Assembly: GCA_032718475.1 (NCBI GenBank)
Contig: JAUCBJ010000138.1
Location: 1-34,817, forward strand
Direction: 5' to 3'
Source of the DNA: Nemertoderma westbladi
Lineage: Eukaryota > Animalia > Xenacoelomorpha
Length of the DNA stretch: 34,817 bases
Part shown: piece by piece, positions 9,458-19,341 of the stretch
Position numbering within the stretch: position 1 is the stretch's first letter
Layout of the letters: each line of letters starts with the position of its first letter
Notes under the pieces: model-generated
The model's database searches: none
Seen by the model: only the letters and a program-made list of their open reading frames with translations
Told to the model about the DNA's origin: nothing
Position numbers and translations under genes: made by a program

Positions 9458-12400
9458 ATGTCTGATACTAAGCAGAACCTGTCAGACAGTATATTAGATG
9501 TAACTATCTGCGACTCAGATAGAGACGTACAACCGTCTGGTCATAAATCCAGTTCACCTCCCACTGTGAGGAAGGTCATCCCTCCAGTAGTAATAACAGA
9601 ACCTAGGCTAGTCCAACATCGTAGGTCTATCATAGGCACTCGAGCTCAGGTCAAGCGGGACCAAGAAGCAGCGGAACAGCAACAACCCGCGAGTCAAGAA
9701 CTTATTCCTCAGCGGCCCAGCAGCTCCAGTAGTGAGGATACTGTAGAGCTGACACCCGAGCGCGGAGCAGAGATGACGGATGAGGTTTATACGGATCCCC
9801 TTCTCATCCTTCCTGCAGCCGTACTCACTAGGTTATTGATCGCGGTGGAAGAACACCAGATCGATTGGGCGAGGAGTCAACGATCAACTAGAGATAGTTA
9901 TGCGGGGTACGCGAGGGAAGAATTGAGGTCTATTGTCGAGTCGCAATGGAACTTCCCCGGACCCGGACTCCCGTTTGATTTATCAGAAGCTGCCTGGGAA
10001 GACATACACCGGATGGGAGTAGCCAAGGAAACCATCGATCCAGCTGTATGGAAGAGGTCCGCAGCCGGATACGCACAGGGATTCTTCAGCTCTATGGAGC
10101 GAGTAGAAAGACAACTATTTAAACAACCTCAAGGACCTCAAGAGCAGGAACAGCTGCTTTATCAAGTTAGAGAAAGAGTTCTGCGAATTAGGCTAATCTT
10201 ATCTGCCTTTGAGGAGGCTTCTAAAAGAAGACAAGACACGTCGTTGCAAGTTGCCGTAAAGACTTGGCTTCAAAGGGTGAGACGCCAGGTTCAAGGAGCA
10301 GCTCAGTGGAAAGCTCAGTTGGAGGAGCGCTCAACCCATGGAGAATCGTCGGACGCTACCTTTTCCCAAGTGGAAAGTGAAGCGACGGCAGAGAAACCGC
10401 ATAAGAAGGATGCCATCGATATCTATCTGTCAGACTATCAGCGTTTTTTGGGAGATGAAGAGTTGAGGAGAAGGCTAGAGGGACTTAGCCCTAATAGCGA
10501 AGGAGCCAAACTCGTGTTAGATGCGATTGATGTGGATAGGTTAGCGGCGAACCAAGCTAAATTCGATGAACAACTCCGCATCGCTAGAGAAAAGGAAGAA
10601 CAAGTAAGGAAAAAACGTATAGAAGATAGAAAGACAGCAGCAGCGGCAGTGGCAGCGGCAGAAGCGGAAAGAAAGGCAGCAGAGGCAGCGGCAGAAAAGA
10701 AAGCGGCAGCGGCAGAAGCGGAAAGAAAGGCAGCAGAGGCAGCGGCAGAAAAGAAAGCGGCAGCGGCAGAAGCGGAAAGGAAAGCGGCAGCGGCAGAAGC
10801 GGAAAGAAAGATAGCAGTGGCAGAAGCAGAACGGAGGGCATCTGAAGAGACAAGCCAACTAGAGTTGGAAAATCTTCAAGAGAGGCAAGATAACTTTAAT
10901 AAACAGTTAACAGCTAGTAATATGCAGATGATGAATCTATCTACTCCCAAACGACAAGGTTATACATCATCTGAGGAAGGCGATACCACCGACGCTGAAG
11001 GCGGAGGAAATCGATCCCGCCTAAGCAGACGTAAAAGAACATTCCACCGTCAGAAATTGCCTGATTTGCCTCCAGCTGTTAGAAGGCAACTAAATAACAC
11101 CAACTTAGAGAGTACAGAACCCACAGACCAAATAATTACAATAGAAAGGCTCCCTACTATAGTAGATGAGCCTGAAATAAGTAGGCCTGTTCTTGAAATC
11201 ACCCCTTCGGTAATAGACACACCTGTGCTCCCTGAAGCTACCTATAAATTCCCTCTGCATAGCACTAAGCTACCTGTGCCCCGTAGAACTGCCCAGGAGA
11301 CAGTTCAGGTCCTGGACCCCGAGCGAAATATTCCAAATTTGTCGCCCGTTGTCCCTCGTCTGCCCGCTACGACGTTGGCGGATCCCGTTTCGGCGGTTGA
11401 TTGGGTAGACGAGAGACGGCGGGGGATGGATATTCTCCTAGGAGAGATGAAGGAGAATCGGATACGCTCTTCCCAACAGGTCCGAGAGTTGGAAGGGACT
11501 GTCCAACATTTAAAAGGAACGGTGAGGGAAAGTAAGTTAGAGTTGCAAGAAGTGCAGCAAAGTATCGCGTTAGAACGCGATAAATTAGTAAACTTAAAAA
11601 AGGGTATACCACCACCCTCTGTAACAATGTGTCAACCCGTTAGGTCTGAAGTATCTCATGCGCAAGGTGTGGAGCCTACACGCATCTATACTGCTAGCGA
11701 AGTAGAAACTCCTATAGTGAACCCTATTAAGGGTAATTATAGACCTGTTGATAGTGATATTCCCTATAGACCGGATCATAATCCGAGAAATTTATATACC
11801 GATAACTCGATATTAAATAGCACGATGGCCCAAGAAAGTTTTACGCGTCAAATGGCTAGAACCGAAGCCCGGCAAGCGGTAAAGGTTGGAGAGATCGTCA
11901 AGTTCAATGGAGATGAGATGAAATGGTTACCTTTTAATGAATATTACAAAGATAACATACAGAACTCTGTACTATCTAATGGAGAAAAGCTTAGATACCT
12001 CATCGAGTGCTTGGAAGGATCTCCCAAGTTAATGGCGTTAAAGTTTATTGGACATCCAGACGGATTAAGACAAGTTTGGGATACACTAAACATCAGGTAT
12101 GGTAATAGGAATAATATCGCTGGGTACTTGTATGCAAAGTTAGTAGCGCCCCGAAAGTTTATTAGTAGCGGAATTATCGAGTTTTCCGATGAGATCCAGG
12201 AGATCTGCAGACAATTAGATTGGCTAGGTAAGTCTCATGAGTATCAGAACACTATGGTTATTAGAGCAGTGGCTTCTACTTTACCTAAAGGTGGAGTAGG
12301 TACACGCTGGGATAAGAAAGTGTTATATATGATGGAACAACAACGGCGAGACCCTACCATGGCTGATCTCATGTCATTCCTAGATGGAGAAGTGAAATTA

Positions 12401-13264
12401 CAGCTCCTGAAACTGTCTAGGGAGAAAACACCGGAAAACAAGGTAAGTAAAAAACCCGTCTCTAGGAGAAAAATAACACCAGTATGTTATACCGATGACG
12501 GCGAAAGCCAGACTTCTCAAGGAGAAGATAGCGGGAAGGACACGGATAGATCTTATTACGTGAATAAAATGCCTAAAGATCAGGTAAGTAAATTCAAGTC
12601 TCGAACAAATGACAGGAGGGAACAGGTAAGAAAAACTCCTCCCACGTCTCCCAAGAGAATTCAGGTGAGAAAGCCCGAAGAAAGGGCAAGTGTACACAAT
12701 GTGACTCAAAATAAGGTAAGTAACATCAAACCAAAATGTGCGCTGTGTGACGGGACCCACCATTTGAATAGGTGTGATGAATTTCTAAAGAAATCATTAA
12801 CGGAGAGACGCGAAGTCATGTGGGATAAGCGGTTATGTTATAATTGCCTCAGACAAGGACACCAACGGCGAACCTGTTTCTCTGACATAAGGTGTGCAAA
12901 GTGTGGTGCGAAACATCATATCTTGTTGCACGCTGAATTCGATCGAAATAGTCCGAATCAGGTAAGTGATTCCGAGCTACATGTCCAATTCAGTGATGTG
13001 AACGACACTGATCAATCTGAGATGGAAGGATTCTATACAGACGAGTTCTCCGACGAAAACGAATCCTGTTACATGATAAATACCGCAGTGTATCGAGCAC
13101 TCACCTATGAAAAGGATATAGACAACGACTTCACTCTAACTACTTCTGAACGACAACCATCTTGGAAAGAGCCATCTTCCAATATAGGGATCCGAGAGTT
13201 TCCTGTGGTGCAAGTAAGGGTGCACGGACCTAAACGGAGTTATGTAGTGAACGTAGTACCATGA
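9458..13264 (+). CDS. gag: BEL/Pao Gag (long N-terminal extension, coiled coil, DUF1759-like capsid region, three zinc knuckles), ending in the first residues of the protease domain
   Basis: 1268-aa open frame. KFNGDEMKWLPF...SNGEKLRYLIECLEG...LNIRYG; knuckles CALCDGTHHLNRC, CYNCLRQGHQRRTC, CAKCGAKHHILLH. It ends FPVVQVRVHGPKRSYVVN, where the catalytic DSG motif would normally follow. Confidence 0.92.
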   Translation: MSDTKQNLSDSILDVTICDSDRDVQPSGHKSSSPPTVRKVIPPVVITEPRLVQHRRSIIGTRAQVKRDQEAAEQQQPASQELIPQRPSSSSSEDTVELTPERGAEMTDEVYTDPLLILPAAVLTRLLIAVEEHQIDWARSQRSTRDSYAGYAREELRSIVESQWNFPGPGLPFDLSEAAWEDIHRMGVAKETIDPAVWKRSAAGYAQGFFSSMERVERQLFKQPQGPQEQEQLLYQVRERVLRIRLILSAFEEASKRRQDTSLQVAVKTWLQRVRRQVQGAAQWKAQLEERSTHGESSDATFSQVESEATAEKPHKKDAIDIYLSDYQRFLGDEELRRRLEGLSPNSEGAKLVLDAIDVDRLAANQAKFDEQLRIAREKEEQVRKKRIEDRKTAAAAVAAAEAERKAAEAAAEKKAAAAEAERKAAEAAAEKKAAAAEAERKAAAAEAERKIAVAEAERRASEETSQLELENLQERQDNFNKQLTASNMQMMNLSTPKRQGYTSSEEGDTTDAEGGGNRSRLSRRKRTFHRQKLPDLPPAVRRQLNNTNLESTEPTDQIITIERLPTIVDEPEISRPVLEITPSVIDTPVLPEATYKFPLHSTKLPVPRRTAQETVQVLDPERNIPNLSPVVPRLPATTLADPVSAVDWVDERRRGMDILLGEMKENRIRSSQQVRELEGTVQHLKGTVRESKLELQEVQQSIALERDKLVNLKKGIPPPSVTMCQPVRSEVSHAQGVEPTRIYTASEVETPIVNPIKGNYRPVDSDIPYRPDHNPRNLYTDNSILNSTMAQESFTRQMARTEARQAVKVGEIVKFNGDEMKWLPFNEYYKDNIQNSVLSNGEKLRYLIECLEGSPKLMALKFIGHPDGLRQVWDTLNIRYGNRNNIAGYLYAKLVAPRKFISSGIIEFSDEIQEICRQLDWLGKSHEYQNTMVIRAVASTLPKGGVGTRWDKKVLYMMEQQRRDPTMADLMSFLDGEVKLQLLKLSREKTPENKVSKKPVSRRKITPVCYTDDGESQTSQGEDSGKDTDRSYYVNKMPKDQVSKFKSRTNDRREQVRKTPPTSPKRIQVRKPEERASVHNVTQNKVSNIKPKCALCDGTHHLNRCDEFLKKSLTERREVMWDKRLCYNCLRQGHQRRTCFSDIRCAKCGAKHHILLHAEFDRNSPNQVSDSELHVQFSDVNDTDQSEMEGFYTDEFSDENESCYMINTAVYRALTYEKDIDNDFTLTTSERQPSWKEPSSNIGIREFPVVQVRVHGPKRSYVVNVVP
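10636..10840 (+). repeat. Coding 54-bp tandem repeat (EAERKAAEAAAEKKAAAA) within gag
   Basis: GAAGCGGAAAGAAAGG recurs at 10661 and 10715, with further partial copies. Confidence 0.85.
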
Positions 13265-14592
13265 TAGATGGGTTAATACGTGTTGGAGGTCGGCTCACCA
13301 ACGCCCCATTATCCTTTGACACTAAGTTTCCCATACTTATTAGAAATCTTGATATACAGATCAAGATAATTGTAGATGTTCATAGCAAACTGTATCATGC
13401 TGGTAGAGAACGAGTTCTGAGCGAAATTCGAACTCGCTACTATTTTTATAAACCCCGTAGGGCTCTGAACCAAGTTCTTAGGAACTGCATACCCTGTAGG
13501 AAAGCATTCAGTAGGCCTTTAACACAGCGAGAGGCAGAATTACCTAGGGAAAGAGTAAGCTTCTATGAACCACCCTTTACTAATACCGGTGTGGATTTAT
13601 TTGGCCCTATTGAAGTATATCGTGCCCGGACTATAGTCAAGAGATGGTGTGTCATCTTCGTTTGTATGACTTGTAGAGCTATCCATCTCGATATGGTAAA
13701 CGATCTATCCACCAACAGCTTCGTGTTGAGTTTACGACGACAGATCGCTCGCTTCGGAACCAGTAACACGATGAGATCGGATAAGGGAACGAACTTCATT
13801 GGCGCCAACAACGAAATTCAAGCTTACGTAAAGGACTGGAACAAAAGACAGGTGGACGATCAGCTAAGGATAACAGCGTCTAGCTGGACCTTCAACGCCG
13901 CCGACGCCCCTTGGTAGGGAGGAAGTTGGGAGAGATTGATCAGGAGCGTGAAGACTGCGTTCCACTTTATTGTGCCTTGTCGCGCTTATCTCACCGACGA
14001 ACTATTGCGGACGTTAATGGAGGAAATCGCCGCCTATCTCAACGAAAGACCGCTTATGCCAGTCTCTTCAAATCCTGATTCCCTGGAAGCGCTAACACCC
14101 GCGCACTTTCTACTGAAGAAGCCCGTAGCCATGCTCCCACGATCGGAGATCACCGACGGAGACGAGTACTGCCGTCGAACCTGGCAACTTATGCAGTTGC
14201 TATCCCGTCGTTTCGCTGACCATTTCGAGAAACATTACCTGCCCACTCTACAACTTCGAACTAAGTGGTTTGCGCAGCAAGAAAACGTCAGCGCTGGAGA
14301 CATGGTGCTTATTGTGGACCCTGATCTCCCACGTAAGCGATGGCAAACAGGACGTATCATCGAGACTTATATCTCGAGCGATGGTTTGGTGCGATCAGTA
14401 GAACTCGTCGTCATGCGGCGGAACTTTAAGAAACCAGGGATAGTCTTTGAGACTCAACAGCTCAATCGCCCAGTGGGACGTTTATGTTTACTGGAAAGAG
14501 ACAGAGAGCTCTCCGGAAACTATGGAAGGCAAGAAACTCTTCCCACGACCACTTCCCTAATCCAACCGACATCTAGGGACTCCCCAACTTAA
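13261..14592 (+). pseudogene. BEL/Pao integrase (HHCC, DDE core, DUF5641-like C-terminus) with an in-frame TAG at 13915-13917
   Basis: HSKLYHAG...CIPC; GVDLFGP, RSDKGTNF, APW*GGSWERLIRSVK. The ORFs 13261-13917 and 13936-14592 share one frame, and the stop lies just before the catalytic Glu. Confidence 0.92.
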
Positions 14593-15129
14593 TATCGTTC
14601 GGAGTGGGCGTGTGACTCTATTATTTTATATTATTTTTATCATTTTTATATTTATGTATGTATTACTATGTAATTTTATTATAATCGTTTTATTTAATTT
14701 AGAAGAATATTATTTTAGCGATTATTTTGTAGAATAGTGCAATATATTCGTGTATATTACGTACGTAATTACTTATATTATATTTAGTGAGACGGCGAAG
14801 AAATAATTATTTTTCTCTTTCCTTACTGTCCGTATTATATTATAAATACGTAACTACAGTAAGATGAAATGTCTGTACTTATTAAAGTACAATAAAGCCA
14901 CTACTATATTTAAGTATTATTGGTAGGCAGAGTATTAGGAATGCAAAGTTCAGATCCTCGTGTCTCGGCTAAACCAAGCTCTGGGTAGACCTTGGAAACG
15001 ACTTGCCTCTTCACACTGACATTGCTTCGTGCGATATTGCTCTCATACCGTATATTAAATAATACATATAGTAGCGTGATGTCCCTTTAACAGTAGCGTA
15101 TAACGCAAAATAAATCTGTTAAACCCTTT

Positions 15130-15440
15130 GACCATCTGTAATTCTAGTCGATTAAGATATCGTGGAACCCACCGATATACTTGAAAGACAAATTATAGAA
15201 TCAGTGGTTAACGTCCCCAGACAAGTTCTGGAATAAATCGGTGCCCATCTCAAATATTAATTAGTTAATATTTACAAATCAAATAAGTCAAAATCTGTAA
15301 AATTCAGATCCTTTAACAATTCTAGTCAATTAAGATATCGTAGCATTTACCGATATTCTTAAAGAGACAATTTTCCTAGAATTAAGGATCTTGTGTCCCT
15401 AGACATGTTCTAGAATCAAAATATGCCCATTTAATTATCA
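15130..15440 (+). repeat. ~178-bp diverged tandem duplication containing a conserved hairpin
   Basis: AATTCTAGTC(G/A)ATTAAGATATCG...CGATAT(A/T)CTT starts at 15140 and 15318. Confidence 0.8.
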
Positions 15441-16241
15441 AATAATAAAATTTCAGGGAATAAATTTAAATTCATGTCTTTTAATGAATTTAATAAATTG
15501 CCATTTTACGCGATTTATAACATTCCCAAAATTCCATTAATTAATAGATCAAGGGAGCGGAGATTTATATTATTATGCGTATGCGTGTACGAAAGTCTCC
15601 CAAACATAGTTAATAGCCGATAAAATACGTAAAGTCATGTATAAACAGGACATTGACTATTAAAGAATTCCTATTAAATAACATCCCAGATCTGTATGCA
15701 TTGGAATTACTCTAATTCTACCGCTAGCTTTGCATAATGTCACCATAGCAACAACACGCTAGAATTAGAATTGAGTTAAACGAACAATAGAAAGCTTGTC
15801 CCATTGAATAGCATAGGGAATAAATAGCACACTGCTAGTATCCAAGGATACATAATAATACAGTGACATTCTGGAAGGCATTGACTAACGGACAAATGGC
15901 CCGAATGTGCGTAGTTGTGACCAGTTGTGTGGTATTTGTGAGTTTATAGGTGAATGTTACTGCTAAAGTGTGTTTACAGTAGCTAGTTGCAATCGTAAAG
16001 TAACCTAACTCTCCAAGGAATACCTGAAGTACATCTAAGCCTTTGGGACGGACAGTGGAGTGACTTGTGCCGGTTATCGTTGTCGTTGTACGGCTACGTC
16101 GTTGGCGAAAGTACAGCTACAGCGGTACATCGGCGCTGAGAATCTCCTACTGTCCGGGGGCAAGGGAGAAATAGGCAGCGACGCCCGCTCGCCTAACGAT
16201 ATATAAACTCATTATAATATTGGTGAACTTGTATAGCAGAT

Positions 16242-16640
16242 ATGACTGAATTAATAGAAGATGATCTTGGTATCAGGGAGAGATATACTCTACCTTTACA
16301 AGCGTTTGTCGATAGCTTGATACGCGGCGACGCTGATCCAACTACTACGGAGGACGATGGTCGTTATATCGAACCACCAATGTCCCAGGAGCAACTTACG
16401 CGTGAATTGGATTATAGAAAGTTCACTGCTCGCTACACTCATCGTAATGGTACGTATATGGACTTCTTGACCACTGGTCATCCTATTGATTTACACGACA
16501 CGGACGATGTAGACACCGAAAGGGAAATGGTTTTATTTAAATATCATACCCAGCGGAGTCGAAACGATAAATCGAGAATAGAACACGAAAACTCTATTCG
16601 AAATCAGCTCGAAAGAAAGAACGTGGAAGAAGGCTTGTAA
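16242..16640 (+). CDS. Hypothetical acidic 132-aa protein inside the retrotransposon 3' region
   Basis: ATG-initiated ORF with protein-like charged composition, preceded by a splice-acceptor-like TATAGCAG. No recognisable motif. Confidence 0.45.
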   Translation: MTELIEDDLGIRERYTLPLQAFVDSLIRGDADPTTTEDDGRYIEPPMSQEQLTRELDYRKFTARYTHRNGTYMDFLTTGHPIDLHDTDDVDTEREMVLFKYHTQRSRNDKSRIEHENSIRNQLERKNVEEGL

Positions 16641-17487
16641 AGACAAATATAGGCGAACCACTGGAGAAGAGACATATGTTAATGTCCAGGGTCCATAGTG
16701 TGAATAGTTTTCCCCGGGGCACGGGTGCTCGCGGGCGGTCTCCTTCGGGAGGCTGTAAATTTCTCTTCCTTCATCGTTTTCCTGTAATTATTGTGATCAG
16801 TGTCACAATTAAAAGACAAGAATGAATGATGACGTGATGGAAAACTTGTCCATTGTGGTGTCTTATGGATACTACCCTATATCCTTCCTCCTCTTTACTC
16901 CCTTCATCGATCGACCAATCATAGTGGTATCTTGGTATGGATCATACCTCATCCTAATATTTCATCCCACCTTCTTTTCCCAACGTGCTCGGAGCTTCGG
17001 GAAACGAATACTAAACCTCCCATCCCTTACTGTTCATTTGTATGCTAATATTGGTGTCCGCACCTCCTGTCCATGTCATATTCTGTTGATATTTATGATA
17101 TCAACTTCCACCCTCTCGTTCTTGATTAGATAATCAACCACTTCCTAATTTCCTCAAGTCCACATCCGTGAAACAAGGACTGAAAGGAGACGCGGATAGT
17201 TTGTGAACAACTGGTACCATTATGTGTCATAAATCTGGTTGCTCACCTCCCTTAATGATTGGGGATATGAATCTTATGTAGAACCACTGAGGCAAACATA
17301 TCTTTGAACTAGTGTTTACCTCATCGCACTGGGGATAAATTCAGTTGGAGATAGTCCTCGAATGTAACAATCCTCCTACTGAACTCGTATTTCGGAATAC
17401 TTCTGAATACGACCTAGGTCTCCCCCTGCTCTCTACCACTACCATCAATGTCACTGTCGGAAAACATATTGGGCATACAACAGGAAT

Positions 17488-19263
17488 ATGGAGAACATTC
17501 CATACCCTTTCGTTGATACTCAGCTGATTGCTCCTTGGGCCGAAGGCCGAGGTTTCTTTCGCACTATGTATGCCAATACACCCAGCGGCATTACTAAAGT
17601 ACAACGGACATCCATCGGACATCTTGCCTTTCAAGAATATGGTTGGAATTTCAAAGTTGGAAATCCTATAAATTACCAGCAAGTATATGGAGATCATTAC
17701 TCTCGTTTATATTTTGATGGACCATTAACTGCGCCTGGTGCCGTATATAGCTTTATGAGTGTTCCCCTTCGCCCTTCCTTAGCTATATACACGATCTTTG
17801 AAAACGCAGCACTTGCCGGTTGGCTAGCCGATGTGTGCAGTCGTACCATACGCGCTCATCCGTTAATACTTGGAACTAAACTCGCCAAGTTAGACGAACA
17901 CAATAAGTTCATACGTTTCGAATGTTTCCGGCGCTTTCTGACTCCGTTCCGTAACGTCGATAGTCAGTTCAAGGATCGCGCGCTGACCAAGCTCAGTCTT
18001 AGAGACTCAGCTGCGGAGAAACTGAGTAGCGCTGGATTTGCCGTGTTTCAAGACGTTTGTATACAGAACTCACATTCATCTGTTATACAAAGACCCCGAA
18101 TACCTACAGGTTATTCTGTCGTGGAAATACAGACAGTGGGTCCACTTACGGAAACCGACGCACCCACTTCGTCTATGCAGCTGGAGGATGAACCAGTATG
18201 CTTGGAATCCGAGGCGATTCAACCTACGGCTTCTCGGAGCAGTGACAATGATTATGTCATAGAGTGGTATCAAGGTCTACAGCGTCTCACAGCGTACGAT
18301 TATCAACACGCCAACTACGTTTCCCGAAAACGTTGTCGATTATGCGCATCGAGAGACCACTTCACTCCTCTAGACTCGAGCGTACCTTGTTCCTATTTCC
18401 TCGAACAACCGATGATGGAAATATATTGTGCTTATTGCCGGCTTAATAACTCTCATATATTTGCCGTCTGCCCACAATTTATGACTCAATGTCACTACTG
18501 TCAATTTAAAGGACATGAAAGTTACAATTGTCCCTTTAATCGCGATTTAGAGAGCGTAGACGAGATGATCACCCTGCGATACATCCGAGCTTGGGAAGCG
18601 AACGCAGATTTACATTGCGAATCCAGACATCGCTATTACCCTGGACGAGCTTACGAGGGAGTTTACGCGTTCCATCCTTACCTATTCGCGTCGATTGAAC
18701 AGAAAACACGCGTACCAAGTTACGAGTTAATAAAGCGTGTTGGTGAGTGTATTTCCACCAAGTTTGTCAGGAAATACCTTAGAAACGTTAACCCCAATGA
18801 TATAACCACATATCACCTGATCAATTTTATCCGTCAGGACCCTGAGTATGGCGACATTTTCGTGAACTCGCATCCTGAACTCCAGGAAGTATCTCGGCGC
18901 CCATATGAATATCGAACCCGAGAACGCGAGCTGGAGAGAACCATTAAACCGAGAAAGTTCCTCACCACTCACGGTCCACCCACCGCTAGTGTCCAGACGA
19001 CCCGTCAAGGACCCGTAGGAGCTGCTGTCCTAAGACGCGCTCTAAAGGCCGTTAGATCTCACTCCACTGAGGTTGATATTAATCAACCAGGTACTTCGAC
19101 CGGCGGGTATACCGATCGTAACCCTGCACCTTCTGATGCAATTATATTGCACCCTTCGCCTAGGAGCTACAGCCCTCCTCGTAAAGTGGCTCGCCCCAAA
19201 GAGAAAAGGACTCTTGCTAACCTCAAGAAACTGCGTAAACGCCGTCCGCGTAAGAAAGACTAA
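17488..19263 (+). CDS. Accessory 591-aa ORF of the BEL element, Cys/His zinc-knuckle cluster and basic C-terminus
   Basis: Long uninterrupted frame ending 78 bp before the 3' LTR. Motifs CRLCASRDH..C, CAYCRLNNSHIFAVC, CHYCQFKGHESYNC (CX2CX4HX4C); C-terminus KKLRKRRPRKKD. Confidence 0.85.
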   Translation: MENIPYPFVDTQLIAPWAEGRGFFRTMYANTPSGITKVQRTSIGHLAFQEYGWNFKVGNPINYQQVYGDHYSRLYFDGPLTAPGAVYSFMSVPLRPSLAIYTIFENAALAGWLADVCSRTIRAHPLILGTKLAKLDEHNKFIRFECFRRFLTPFRNVDSQFKDRALTKLSLRDSAAEKLSSAGFAVFQDVCIQNSHSSVIQRPRIPTGYSVVEIQTVGPLTETDAPTSSMQLEDEPVCLESEAIQPTASRSSDNDYVIEWYQGLQRLTAYDYQHANYVSRKRCRLCASRDHFTPLDSSVPCSYFLEQPMMEIYCAYCRLNNSHIFAVCPQFMTQCHYCQFKGHESYNCPFNRDLESVDEMITLRYIRAWEANADLHCESRHRYYPGRAYEGVYAFHPYLFASIEQKTRVPSYELIKRVGECISTKFVRKYLRNVNPNDITTYHLINFIRQDPEYGDIFVNSHPELQEVSRRPYEYRTRERELERTIKPRKFLTTHGPPTASVQTTRQGPVGAAVLRRALKAVRSHSTEVDINQPGTSTGGYTDRNPAPSDAIILHPSPRSYSPPRKVARPKEKRTLANLKKLRKRRPRKKD

Positions 19264-19333
19264 CTGTTTAGAGTATTTTTATATTTTAGAAACTGTGATT
19301 TTGTATATTTTATAGACTTAAATCCCATTTTCT

Positions 19334-19341
19334 GGGAGCGG
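19334..19341 (+). promoter_or_regulatory. Short polypurine tract
   Basis: GGGAGCGG directly abuts the 3' LTR TGT. Confidence 0.65.

Noticed and set aside
10541-10858. Cys/Arg/Phe- and Leu/Pro-rich antisense ORFs
   Set aside because: Shadow frames of the gag alanine/lysine repeat.
13915-13917. Programmed readthrough of the integrase TAG
   Set aside because: It falls within the conserved catalytic motif (APWxGG.WE), where readthrough is not known. A point mutation such as TGG to TAG is simpler.
16822-17133. Hydrophobic 103-aa ORF as a possible env or membrane peptide
   Set aside because: Composition follows a T/C-rich tract with an internal short duplication; no signal peptide, furin site or fusion-protein features.
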